A stretch of DNA of 64,000 bases from Ptychomitrium polyphyllum. Lineage: Eukaryota. The translations under genes and the position numbers were made by a program. The stretch is taken from assembly GCA_973851085.1 (NCBI GenBank), contig OZ316776.1, positions 15,314,001 through 15,378,000 on the forward strand. Reading direction: 5' to 3'. Below the pieces are notes generated by a model. It saw only the letters and a list, made by a program, of their open reading frames with translations, had not been told where the DNA came from and ran no database searches. Shown here piece after piece: positions 43,501-55,779 of this stretch (within the stretch, counting starts at the first letter, position 1; each line of letters starts with the position of its first letter).

Positions 43501-46500
43501 ATTAGGTTTGTTGGTAGATCGGTCTATGCCATTTTGGCCATAAATTCCACGATTGTCAGAAGTCATGGATCTTTGCTACCATCTCTACAGATGTGAAGGT
43601 GCGAGGCTTCACACGTCGTGAGTCCTGCTAGGACCTATCTTTGATAAAGGATTTGCATAACTTAGAGTACAATTTATGCAAAGGATCTTATCTTTCAAAG
43701 AAACTTCTCCTGGTGTATTCTCCTGATTAGCAAGTTTCTATCTGAAGTGTCTGGTACTTGTGACCCTTGTTTCTTCCGCTCATTGTCTGCTGGTTTTCTT
43801 CCTAGGACACCCCTTCAGAGGAGCAAGGCAAAGAAGTCTTTCTGAAAGCAAATGGGCATAAGGTTGTTCTGGAAGCTTTAGCTATGGAGAATGTGGTCAG
43901 TACAACACTCTTTTTATTCGCTCTTGACCTCGCTACCGTAAAAAGCGGACTCTTTTGATATTTATCGTTCAGAGTATGAAGTAGGGATCTCTTAATCTTC
44001 GTTGAGTAAGATGAAGGTGTTTGCGTTCTCAATTCCTGATTATCAACCTATGTATGTAGAGGGATCATGTGTTGATTACTGTATCAAAACTCGAACGGTT
44101 TCGATTTTGACAGAATGTGCTGCAGTGAGTTGCCAAGTAGTGTGATTGGAGGATGATTATGTAGTGGATGCTTAGGTTTCTCCCAGTCATTGACTAGTGC
44201 TAATTTTACAGGAACTTTATGAACCTATGTATCGCGAGTTGTCCTGTTTAGCAGCGAATGCTATGGCCTTGGCTGCAACAAAGAATGAAACCGTGAAGGA
44301 GAGGTTTATGGATTTGGGGGCAGACGAGGCACTCGTAAAATACCTCAAGAACCATGCGGAGGAAAAGGGATCTGATGGTGCAGCTCTTCAGGCGGCCTGT
44401 GATGCAATTCGGTCATTGACTGTGGCAGATGATGATCGACCTGCTGCTTCCAATGTAATTCTGATGGGTTGAACTTCTCAGTGTAGTCAATCAGTACTCA
44501 AAAGAATTAATCATTTTATGAGTGGTTAACGTTGACAAAAATTAATGTTGTAGTACGGTACTGGTAGTAGAATGTGTTGTACTGAATACTTCTGACTTTT
44601 TAATGGTGTTACTTTAACGTACTGTAGGTCTACCACTGTTTTCCGTTGGATGTAGTTTGCTAGATTTTCTTCAGTTTATTGTTAATCAGAGATGTGTTTG
44701 TTTTGACACAGGCCTTCAAGAATGCAATGAAGATTGCCAAAGCTGGGGCAATGGATGCCTTTCTTGAGATTCTTCCTCAAAGGTCTAAGGCTCTCCCAAT
44801 CCTACCCTCTATTTGTTTGACTCTCAAGAGTTTGGCCGTCAACGTAAGCAACCTCTGCCTCCTGCTAATCCTTATTTTGCAATTTAAAAAATACTACAGT
44901 TTTGTGCGTGAAATGATCTGTGAGAACTATTTTACATTTTTATAGATCAAAGGATCATGTGATATGACAGGGAGTTTTGCTTACGTCAGCGTGATTGTTT
45001 CCAGGATAAGATTTGCAGGGGTTTTGCTGAGGAAGGTGGGCTGAATATGGTCCTTGAATTTTTGGATTATGCCTCCAAATATCCCAATAAAATTGTTGGA
45101 CGTACTTCTTGTGCACTCTTGTCTCAGGTTAGTTGTCTTTGACTATTTTATTATGATAAATCAATTAAGTTCCTTTCATGTTTTTAAACCATTGATATTG
45201 GAGCAGCGCTAGTCAACCGAGCATGTTATCATCCTGTTTAAATGCTATCTATCAATTGCAAAAGACCTTACGGAGATATTTAAAAAAAACCCTTTTTTCT
45301 AAAACTTATTGGTAAGGAATTAAAAAAAAATGGACTGCTAGGTTCTGATGACTTTCTTTGCTTTCTCTTAATTAGCTTGTGATGTAATTGTAGACTTTAA
45401 ATATTCTTCCCAAAGTTATTGCTCGTTACTGGGATGTGTTCCAAAATCCTTGAAAATTTTACAAGGCCTGTAATATTACGTCAAATGCTTCAGCTAATAC
45501 GGTACCTATCCGTTTTGAGAAGCTGGCATTCACCAGTTCAATACAGGTGTTGCATTGACAACGAAGTAGAAAGGATTGTCATTGGAGCAGAAGCTCTTGT
45601 GTGCTGTAATATTTGTGCTATTTCTCATTGGTTGTCCTTCATCTGGTACGAGGCTGGCAGCTTGCAGGCAGTGATGCAAACAAGGAGGCAATTGTGAAAA
45701 GTGGTGGCTTGGAAAAAATAATTATTCTTATGAAGACCTACAGCGAGGAACCATCAGTGCTGCAAGAGGTGAACAGAAGTTCGCTGCTGTATCTCTATTC
45801 GATGGTAGAGTACAGGAGTATAGCTACCTCTTTTCCCGGATAGATAGGCATATTGTTATGCTCAATATTCCGTTGGTGACCAGGAGCTTGGGTTGTAGGG
45901 TTTTGCAGCTATAGCTACCTTGACTCTGCGTTCACCACAACATGTTACCAAAGCAGTTGAAGCTGGGGCTCTGGATCTTGCAGCAGAACTGATGACAACA
46001 CATCCAGGCGCCCCTCAAATGCTTCGCCAAGCTTGTCAGATGGTTCGCAACCTGAATGTTCGAAATCCAGAGAACAGGTACGAACTTCTAGAATAGGTAG
46101 AGGTGTTATTGAGATAATTTTTTGAGATGGTTTTCCCTTCAAAAGTCTTGAGTCGAGATGATTTCTGGTGCCTGAAGTCCTGGCACTTCAGAGATCTCAT
46201 CCGTATTTGTTTCTGTGAATCTTATTCTCTGTGGCTTGTATGTTGGTGACAGTGGACGTCCTAAAGAATGTGCTCCTGAAGATAGTGTTTTGAAGAGTAA
46301 ACGCAGAAATGTATTCTATGACTGAATCACATGTGGTACACTACTTCAATGGAAGTTACGTATAAAGTAGTAGCTTTGATGAAGTAACGTTCAATAATAA
46401 TCTTGTCACCTTCTTCTAGGAAGTGTTTTCGATCCTGAAGTTTCCGTGCTACTGTTATGCAGGCCTATTAGTCTTGAGAAGGGCTTGGAGCCACTGCTGC

Positions 46501-46583
46501 GGAGAGCTAAGGACACTCATGAGATCTGTAAGGATGTTGGTTCAGCTGCTCTTCGTGACCTAGGGCTTGAAGATTACCTGTAG
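40517..46583 (+). CDS. ARMC6: Armadillo repeat-containing protein 6-like
   Basis: Exons 40517-40661, 42420-42560, 43077-43286, 43591-43598 (8-nt micro-exon), 43806-43895, 44212-44454, 44712-44843, 45005-45127, 45661-45768, 45899-46077, 46463-46583. N-terminal ISQEGFDAAVKENMEDFDMDLAEAVQDAVKTFQIQGADL, internal LTVADDDR, LAGSDANK and LRSP, and C-terminal AALRDLGL match the ARMC6 family pattern. Confidence 0.9.
41486..41855 (+). CDS. Putative alternative first coding exon of the ARMC6-like gene (acidic, repetitive, 123 codons) with a GC-AG donor
   Basis: Acceptor TTTCCACAG|41471 and ATG at 41486 open an acidic frame with recurring LAK/LAR-[DN]-[DE] motifs. It ends GCA G|GCAAGC in phase 1, matching the phase-1 acceptor at 42420. 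Confidence 0.5.
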
Positions 46584-48465
46584 TCAACGTACTATTAGGA
46601 CCTCAAACCTGTTAGAGCACATCTCGTTGACTATTTTTATGTGTTCCTGATATATCTTCACTTCTTGAATTCATACGAACTATTCATCGACTTCTGATGA
46701 TGACCAAGATTTATTCACTTCACGTTATGTTAGCATACTCCCCTTTATTATTCTTTTTCCTGAGTCCAAAAAGATACTTTACGTCAAGAGAAACCCGAAT
46801 CAAAGGTTCTTCAATGCCAGATGATGTCCATATCGACTGAATACTTGAACAGTAATCCCGATGTGAAAGCTATAAGCTTTTGGGTTCGGCGACACGATGT
46901 CAGCTTGGTTCTGGCGACATATGGACCTTGATTTAGGAGCTGTCGAGGTCTTCGAGCTCCCGAAATTCCAAGGCAGCTGCACCGTCATCTTCTTGTCAGA
47001 CTGGCAGCCATAAACAGTCAACATCAATTTGGGTGATCGCATTGGCTAGTATATAAACGACAAATGCTTATCCGTCAAGTGGCACACCCTTGATGTTCGT
47101 ATCACTTGCACACTGTATGAACACATCAGAACTGGGTTAAGCAAGCTCCTCGCTGGATACAAAATACCCCCGAGGATTCCAACTTTCACGTTAACGATAT
47201 GCATGTCAAGTTCCCGGCTTTCAAGTGGAGTGGGCTTCCTTTCAAGGAGATTATCAAGGCGTTCCAGCTCCTATTGATACTCGACATGAGCGACTCGAAA
47301 ACCTTCACCTTGTCCACTAAATTTTATGATTAGTCGGAAATGGAACAACAATTCGAGGTGAAGCTGGAGCGGAGCGAGACTGAGACTTTGATCGTCACCA
47401 CAACCAACTCCAATCGTGTAGTTTTCTAGGTAGGAATATCATACAGCATAGTAGCCGAAATACCAGACCTTGAATCTGTTTCTTTCAACATCTTCAACCA
47501 TTTGCCACTCATCTCCCACGAATTCCATCTCCGACAAACTTCACAAAACATGTAACAAGATTTTACAGAAACCAGTTCAAAGGAAAGCAGTCACTTGTAC
47601 ACTTACGTACAGACACTGAATTCGCTGCCGAAAGAAGTGGTTCTTCAGGACTTGAATAGGAACACCGCCCTGAGGGTTGAACGCAGCAACTTGGGTATGG
47701 GAAGAATCAAAATGAAACAGAAAACCGAGAGACCAGAGCGTATCTGAATAGTGATTCATCCGAAAGATGGGAAGGCACGACCTGATCCTGTCTGTATCGA
47801 TAAGTGCACTTAGGCAGAGCTGATAGATCTGTCATTGTCTCCGATTACGAGTCCTGCTACGGTCTTCAGCCAGGGATCATGGGACCTGTGGGTGGAGACT
47901 CAGAGGTGCATCCATATACATATCCAAAAGTACTCAGTCTTTAGCTGCCAGGATCTCCCAAGCAGAGTACACAGGCAACGCGCGCAATATCAAGTTTGCG
48001 AGAGCTGTGAGGTTCCATGGCGTCGATGTCGATTTTCGTTGCTGTGGAGTAAGCTCTCAATCTTTGCGCATGCACAACTGCAATTAAATTTGTCACTACA
48101 AAAACAAACGTTTCGAGGAATTTGCATATAACTCCATGTAAACACAAGCGATCAAAAGCTGTTAGAAGCAATTCAGCGTACAAGTGGAGATTGCTACGTC
48201 TGACGCGTGACAATGCAGCTCTAGAGGCTACAGTTCTCATGAACATGAGCCTAATTTTGTACACAAGCAATCTTACAAGCTCGTCGCAGCCTATCAGCGC
48301 TATTTCACAGCAAAGACTATCGCGCACTAGGCTCCTGCCACAGATATAATATAAGCCACACCATCATGGATGTTCTATCATGGAGCACAGTAGATCTATG
48401 AGGAGCTCAAGAAGTGTTCAATCAACACGATTGATGATTTTGATCGAATCATCATCATGTTCGAT

Positions 48466-50666
48466 TCAAGGAAGAGTGGTCGTAAGAGGAATGCCAGTTG
48501 CAGGAACCCACTCGTCAGCTTGAGTGAAAGGCACCGCCTGGAACTTCCCAGCAGTGCTCGTGTCCATGATCTGCTTTGACCACCACACGCGCTTCTCGAT
48601 GTCAGCCCCGGCGCCGTAGTCCTGCCACTCAGCGAAGAAGGAGGTCTCGAGGCCGAAATCGGAGGTGTTCCACGGCAACCACCCCGCCGGGTCGATGTGC
48701 CCCAGCAAGTTGCACATGAGGTTCACGTGCGTAGAATATGCCTTCCAAGGCCGGCCCAAGTAGGTCTTGAACGCCGTGGGGTCGGCTTTGAGGGCCGGGG
48801 TCGCGTCGAACGTGCACGACTGGAACGACATTCCTGTGACCTGCCCCGGATCGGTCTTTCCCTGCGCGCTGTACGTATTCTGTTGCCCCGGCAGAGTCGA
48901 TTTCTTCGCCACGAGAGTACAGGATTGAAATGCGACGGCGGCGTTTCCGAACATGAAATCCACGGTGCCGGAGATTGTCGTCTCTCGGTAGAACTGGCGG
49001 AAGGTGTGTGTGTAGAGCGTGTCTTGGTACCCGTCGAAGGAGCATTGGTAGAAGGCCGCCATATCTGCGCTCACCCGCATCGCCACGGCTTGGTGCCCCT
49101 CCGCGCCCGCCGTGTTGCGAGCTGTGAGGGCCTTCCCAATGAAGCCTGCACCTTCGACAACTGCAAGTCCACTCATCCATCCAACCTCGTCACAATTGCA
49201 TCCATTACTTCAAGACGACAACACATAACTGGTGCGCAATTGTCCTTGTCCCAGCGCGACCCTCAAGGAGGTCTGACATTCCCGCAAACCCCTATCCCAA
49301 TTCTTTAGAGAATCTCCAATTTTCACTCTTGTTAGACTCTACTGTACCCATTACTCAAACTCGATACATATCCGTCGTAAGCCTCGCCATTCAATGTGAA
49401 ACTAAAAGTTGTACGAAGATTTAGGTTTAGGACACTGGATCCTAAAAACAGTTCAGAGAAGATCGACAAATGGTGAACTGAACTGTCAATACTGAGTTGC
49501 GATGGGTTGCGGAGATTCGAGAAAGATTAGTGATTACTGAGAGAAGCTGATAAGAAAGTGGTCATGCCGGGGGTTTTCGCGACGCTCTTGTCACCCGTGA
49601 TGATCGTCTTCTCGGCACCGTCGCCGATGAACATGAAGTTCGTCGCCTTCGTCGGAACTGTGATCTGCTCGTTGTACACACCTTCTTTGATGCGAATGAC
49701 ATAGCGTTTTGCGATTGCACTGCCAGTCTTGGGCGCCGCGTCGATGGCTCCTTGGACTGATATGAATGATCCGGAGCCATCCTTCGCGACGACAACGTCG
49801 GTTGGGGGATCGCTGAGAAGCTGAGCTTCTTGCTGTTCTCTGCTCATCCACGGCTCCGGCAAGCTCTTAACGGGTTCATCCACTGTAGTTGAAGGTTTCA
49901 GACGCTTCCGGAAAAACTTACCCGAAGCTTGGGTTTGGGTGTCGTCTTCGACGACAGAGTTTGTGATGAGGTTCGTGGTGAGTTGCCAAGAATGCAAAGA
50001 GTTGCCGAAGCGGGAGAAGGCATTGACGAAAGCCAATGCGTTGCTGAGCAACTTCTCCGTGTGCCGCTTCGTGGTCACTGTAAGGGCTTCAAGGGCGCGC
50101 GTCTCCATCAATGCGTCGATGCACGTGGTGTGAAACTCCATAGCCGCACTAATCCGAGTTTTGATGTCATCGAAAGAACAGCTCGAATTCAGAGCAGCTA
50201 GAGAGGCGTCCAGCTGCTCCATCGATGACACGAGTGTGGAGTAGCACACCCGCTCGCCCGAGAATCCGATCCTCTTCTCACCGCGGTCTGCTAGCACCGC
50301 GGTCATCGTCCTAGCCACGCCCTGCGAAGCGCTCGAGATCAGAATCCTCGTTAATCCTTCCGGGTTAGCGTAGTGCGCGTGGTCAGTCAGCTGCAACGTC
50401 TGCACGCACACAGAGGGATAGAACGTCGCGCTGCAGGCAGCGTCTAAAGCTTCCATACCCACGACCTCGCCATGGCAACGGCCCGGCACCTCAATCTCAC
50501 TCTTACGCTTCCACAGCAACAGAATCATCGCCATCGCCACTCCTGTCGCAACAAAGAGACGACTGGCCGAGCGTCTCCGTCGCAAAACATCCTGCTTGCA
50601 TCTCGCGTCCAAGCGCACGAAGGGTGTGGCCGTGGCCACATCATCATCTAGCAGAACTAATGTCAT
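48466..50666 (-). CDS. PME: Pectin methylesterase with N-terminal membrane anchor and PMEI pro-domain (type I/group 2 PME), 2 exons
   Basis: Exons 50666-49538 and 49160-48466 (phase-1 GT-AG intron). PMEI domain: ACSATFYPSVC...ISAAMEFHTTCIDAL...LLSNALA. PME domain: VVAKDGSGSF, IKEGVYNE, HQAVAMRV, GYQDTLY, GTVDFMFG, YLGRPWK. Confidence 0.95.
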
Positions 50667-52562
50667 CTTCAAACACGGTCAATTCTCAAGAACTGCGCAA
50701 ATTCTCTCCTAGTTCGAAAGAGACCCACTCGTCACTCTCATTGTTCAAGACATCCCTACATTATAACAACACCCAACAGATGTTATTCTTTCCGCAACGT
50801 AATATATGTCGAATCTGGAATGCCAAACTGTGAGCAGCTGATAATCACAATCAGTACACACTTATCAGAACACCTGAAAATTCTCTACGCTGACAGAAAA
50901 TGCAGCAACCTCATGTCACATATCAGAACTGGACTTGGTCAGAACTACTAGAGTGTCACGAGAAGAAAAAACACTTTAGTTTTCCTCGAAGGCACTTGAG
51001 CAGCAGATCTAGAGGAAACTCCAGCACATTGCAACTTCAACGAGTCACAGCCGCAGTTTCAACCAAAGCGTCACAACCACTTTCGCTGCAGGTACCACGG
51101 ATCACCTGATGTGAAGGTAGAAGCTGCATTAAAGAAAGAATCGATCTCACTCAACTTACAGATTACCTCACCAACTTAGCGCAACAGTCATCACCGTGTG
51201 AACTACTTCACACTGATCAGGTCCAGTTCTCTGAGTTCACTCTAGCTAGTCTCGGCCTCTTCGAACACACCGCTCGTTCTCAAGTACGTCCCAACTAAAG
51301 CGTCGCTGCTACCAAGTCAGTGTCCACCACAGCTTCATGGGAACGTACGTTACAGTATCAACAAATCTGGTGAGCTAGAATGGCACACTATGCAGCTAGG
51401 TTGGCAATGATCTGAGGAAAAAGGTAACATCACATTATGGCTGTGTTATACAAGCTTGTTGTGTAAGGTAACCTTGTGGATGGTTATCTTGTTAATGAAG
51501 TTGTGGTTTCCTTGCTAGTGAGGTTGTGGTTAACTTGCTATGATTGTACTACACAAGAATGATCTAACCTTGCTATGGTTGTATTACATTTTTGTGTAAT
51601 ACAAACATGGTTGTATTATACAAGAATATCAAAGAATGAGGAATCTGTTCAAGGAGAGGATGCAATCACGTTGTAAGGTGATGCTAAACCTACACGTTTA
51701 TCTTCTGTTCAAAATTTCTACTATGGACTACAACATGTTTATAATAAAACTACTCAAATCCTTACTTTGTCATATTGAAGAGATAATGGATTTTATGTGA
51801 TATTGATGAAGTTTGAATGGAAATTGTATTTCATCCCTTTTACATTAGAAACTAAGTGTGAGCTTTTGAAAATTCTTTGAAAACAACTTTGAACAAATGA
51901 TGTAGGTGAATAACTTTTTCCATTTTGTTAAATTTAGAGATATAAAGCACAATACATCAATGTTGTTTAATGTTATGATAGGCAAATCTTTTTTTCTGGT
52001 GTGTCTAATTTTGCAATTATATAGAATGTAAGTGTAAGGCTTAATAAGTTTAGAAGAAACAAATTTTGTATACAAATAATAAATGATTTTTTTTTTGCTT
52101 CAACCTTTCTTGAATTTGTATATATTAGTAGAGTTGATTCTCATTTAAATGTTTATTGAATACTAACCATTAAACATTTAGACAAAGATCTATCCTTAAC
52201 ATTGATTGTAATTATAATGTGAATATTAAAACATGAACAATAAGCATTGACATGCAAGTCTTTAATGGAAATACATTAAAAATAGCCACGTTTTCAAATT
52301 GTACTTGTAAGATTTGGAAAATATGGACAACTTAGTGAGAGAATATGTCATGAAAAGAAAAAATGAAAATAACAATAGAAAAAGACCTAACATTGTAGAC
52401 ATATTTTTATTATAGAAAAAATTATCGGCAATTGTAAATTAAAATCCATGCCTACAAAGATGCTTAAATCTTACATTTGATTGCAAAAAACTAACAATTA
52501 AAGGTAGAAGGCAATTGAAAGAATTTTAGACCACTACAACATCAAATTCCTCAGCTCTTGCA

Positions 52563-52769
52563 TCAACTATAGAGTTCAAGTACTTGCATCACTTTAAAAA
52601 AATTGAAAGTAGCGCTATGTATAAAAGAATGTATAGCATATTTTAATATGCTATAATATCTAAAGACGTAATAAAGGTGCTTACATGGAATACACTTGCT
52701 GGATCTTTTTAAGGCTATCATTTCCATCTTTTTAAATTTGAGGCAAGTACAAGCTAGACAAATGCTGAG
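52563..52769 (-). pseudogene. Remnant of a SWIM zinc-finger coding sequence (probably transposon-derived), truncated by the LTR element
   Basis: Frame LSICLACTCLKFKKMEMIALKRSSKCIPCKHLYYVF contains the SWIM signature CxC-x(n)-CxH and abuts the 5' LTR start at 52770. Confidence 0.6.
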
Positions 52770-53383
52770 TGTCACGGACATAGATCATGCAACATAGTTC
52801 TTAGAATATTCTAGAACCTTCTAGTATACTATAATATCTTCTTATAATACTTTTAGATGTCTCCATAGTCTTTTCCATATTTTTAGGAAGCTTCCTAGGA
52901 AAGTTCCTCCACCTTAAAGAATTTCCTAGGAAGGTTCTATCATTTTAGATAATTTTCTAGGAAATTTCCTAAAAAGATTCCATCACCTTAGGAAACTTTC
53001 TAAGAAGGTTCTACCTCTTTAGGAAACTTCCTTAGAAGGTTCACTACCTTAGGAAACTTCTAAGGAAGGTTCCAACTCCTTAGAAGCTTCTTAGGAAGGT
53101 TCCAACATCTTGAGAAACTTCTTGGAAGGATTCCCTAGACTTCCAAAACATTCTTAAGCCTTGTAGGAAGTTTCTTTAGAAGTATCTTAGGAGATACAAA
53201 CGTCATAGTATAAATAAGAGGCAAGACAAGGTATTCCTTAGTCTTGCCAACACAAGTTGTGGATCATCTTGAGTCCTGCCTTGTTCTAGTTTTTGTATCA
53301 AGTTCTTGTTAATCATTAGCTCTTTGGAAGCTAATTCTTGGGAAACACTTCATTTCTGCTTCTTGTTTCTTGTGTCCTTATCA
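52770..53383 (+). repeat. 5' LTR (614 bp)
   Basis: TGTCACGGAC...TGTCCTTATCA. Contains internal ~30-bp tandem units (AGGAAACTTCCTAGGAAGGTTCCAACATCTT-like) and TATAAATA at 53209-53216. Confidence 0.95.
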
Positions 53384-53385
53384 GT

Positions 53386-53397
53386 TTGGCAAGACTA
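53386..53397 (+). promoter_or_regulatory. Primer-binding site complementary to the element's own R region (self-priming type)
   Basis: TTGGCAAGACTA, 2 nt after the LTR end, is the exact reverse complement of TAGTCTTGCCAA at 53239-53250. Confidence 0.8.
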
Positions 53398-54542
53398 TTC
53401 TTCATCTTTGTCAGAGCTAAGGTTCTTTGAAAAAGATTGAGGATTACCCATCTTCTTTAGGATTCCATAGCGTCTTAGAGATTGCGGATTACCCTCCTCT
53501 AAGCTGGCACCATAGAATTGGTTTCTCCTTCTAGAATAAAATATTTTATTTCTTTCAAAGGATGTGGATTTTCTTCCTTTGAAGGTACTTATAGTCTTTC
53601 TGTCTTTGAGAGTTTTAAGAAATGGATAGCGTGCCTGGAACATCAGAGAATAGGTTTGCAACTATTGCAGACCTTCAAGAGTTATTAAATATAGTTTGAA
53701 TGGAACTCGTCCGTTTTAATATCACTAATAATTTGGAGCAACATACTTGGTAAGTTGAAGAATCCAATGGTAATATTCAAAGCCTATATCAAAAGGTTGT
53801 TCGATTGCGAGAGGCCAATATTGGAAGGGAAGGCTTACGTTAAACCCATGCAGAGTCAAAGATTAGCATGCCAGATAAGTTTGATGGATCAAGATCAAAA
53901 TTGAGAGGCTTTGTTCAACAAGTAAAATTCTTCCTTAGTTTGCATCAATCTCGCTATCCTGATGGTACAATTCAAGTGGGATTTGTGGCCACTCTTTTAT
54001 CAAACAATGCACTATTGTGGTTTGCACCCCTAATGGAAAAGCAGTCACCATTATTGAACAACTTAGATGCATTTATAGAAGCATTGACATCTACTTTTGG
54101 AGATACCAATTGAAAAAGGGTGGCTGAGACAAGGATCTAGAGTCTCCAACAAGGACAGCGCTCAGCTGCTACATATGCTGCAGAGTTTCGATAATTAGCT
54201 TGCGACCTTGATTGGAATGATAAAGCCTTGGTTACACGATTTCAATGGGGCTTAAAAGAGAATGTAAAGGACTTGCTACTTACAATGCCAAGAGTTGAAA
54301 CATTGGACGAATTCATCACTCAGGCAATAGCATGTAACAACAGATTATTTGAGAGGCGCTAGGAACAACGCTTGGAATGGCAACCAGTACATAAAAGCCG
54401 ACTTCTTCAAGGATGGCTACCACTTCTTCAAGAATATTGGAAAGCCGACCACAAGGACCAGAACCTATACAAATTGATGTTGCCCAATTTAGACATTTAA
54501 CTCCAGAAGAAAAAAAAAGGCGGCGAAGAGAAAATCTATGCT

Positions 54543-55052
54543 TCTCACGGACATAAATCATGCAACATAGTCTTTAGAACATTTTAGAACCTTCTAGTAT
54601 AATATAATAGCTTCTTAGAATACTTTTAGATGTCTCCATAGCCTTTTTATGTTTTTAGGAAGCTTCCTAAGAAAATTCCTCCACTTTAGGAAACTTCCTA
54701 GAAAGGTTCTATCATCTTAGGTTACTTCATAGGAAGGTTCCATCACCATAGAAAACTTCCTAGGAAGGTTCCAACATCTTAGGAAACTTCTTGGGAAGGT
54801 TCCTTAGACTTCCAGAACATTCTTAAGCCTTGTAGGAAGCTTCTTTAGAAGTATCCTAGGAGATACAAACGTCATAGTATAAATAAAAGGCAAGACAAGG
54901 TATTCCTTACTCTTGCCAACACAAGTTGTGGATCATCTTGAATCCGGCCTTGTTCTAGTCTTTGTATCAAATTCTTGTTAATCATTAGCTCTTTGGAAGC
55001 TAATTCTTGGAAAATACTTCGTTTCTGCTTCTTATTTCTTGTGTCCCTAACA
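54543..55052 (+). mobile_element. Nested solo LTR (510 bp) inserted in the gag zinc knuckle
   Basis: TCTCACGGAC...CCCTAACA with perfect TSD ATGCT (54538-54542 and 55053-55057). Confidence 0.95.
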
Positions 55053-55165
55053 ATGCTTGCATTGTGGCAAGTCTGGATATAAAGTGCACGATTGCCAAAT
55101 TAAAGGATTTGCTTTTAAGGCTCAAAGTACAATGGTGGAGTTGGAAAACGAGCCTGTCCAGTCAC

Positions 55166-55779
55166 TGTCACGGATATAGATCATGCAACATAGTCCTTAA
55201 AACATTCTAGAACCTTTTAGTATACTATAATAGCTTCTTATAATACTTTTAGATGTCTCCATAGTCTTTTCCATGTTCTCAGGAAGCTTCTTAGGAAAGT
55301 TCCTCCACCATAGAGAATTTCCTAAGAAAGTTCTATCACTTTAGGTAACTTTGTATGAAACTTTCTACAAAGATTCCATTACCTTAGGAAACTTCCTAAG
55401 AAGGTTCTACCTTTTTAGGAAACTTCCTTAGAAGGTTCACTACCTTAGGAAACTTCTAAGGAAGGTTCCAACTCCTTGGAAGTTTCTTAGGAAGGTTCCA
55501 ACATCTTAGGAAACTTCTTGGGAGGGTTCCCTAGACTTCCAAAACATTCTTAAGCCTTGTAAGAAGTTTCTTTAGAAGTATCCTAGGAGATACAAACGTC
55601 ATAGTATAAATAAGAGGCAAGACAAGGTATTTCTTGGTCTTGCCAACACAAGTTGTGGATCATTTTGAATCCTCCTTTGTTCTAGTCTTTGTATCAAGTT
55701 CTTGTTAATCATAAGCTCTTTGGAAGCTAATTCTTGGGAAACAATTCGTTTTTGCTTTTTCTTTTTTATGTCCCTAACA
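55166..55779 (+). mobile_element. Nested solo LTR (614 bp) inserted in the gag/pol overlap
   Basis: TGTCACGGAT...CCCTAACA with TSD GTCAC (55161-55165) / GTCCC (55780-55784), a 4 of 5 match. Confidence 0.93.

Noticed and set aside
48629..49308. 183-aa and 203-aa ORFs overlapping PME exon 2
   Set aside because: Alternative-frame and antisense shadows of a GC-rich exon.
52870..53135. Regularly spaced ~30-bp semi-palindromic repeats (CRISPR-like appearance)
   Set aside because: Tandem units inside LTR U3 with no unique spacers, no cas genes and a eukaryotic context.
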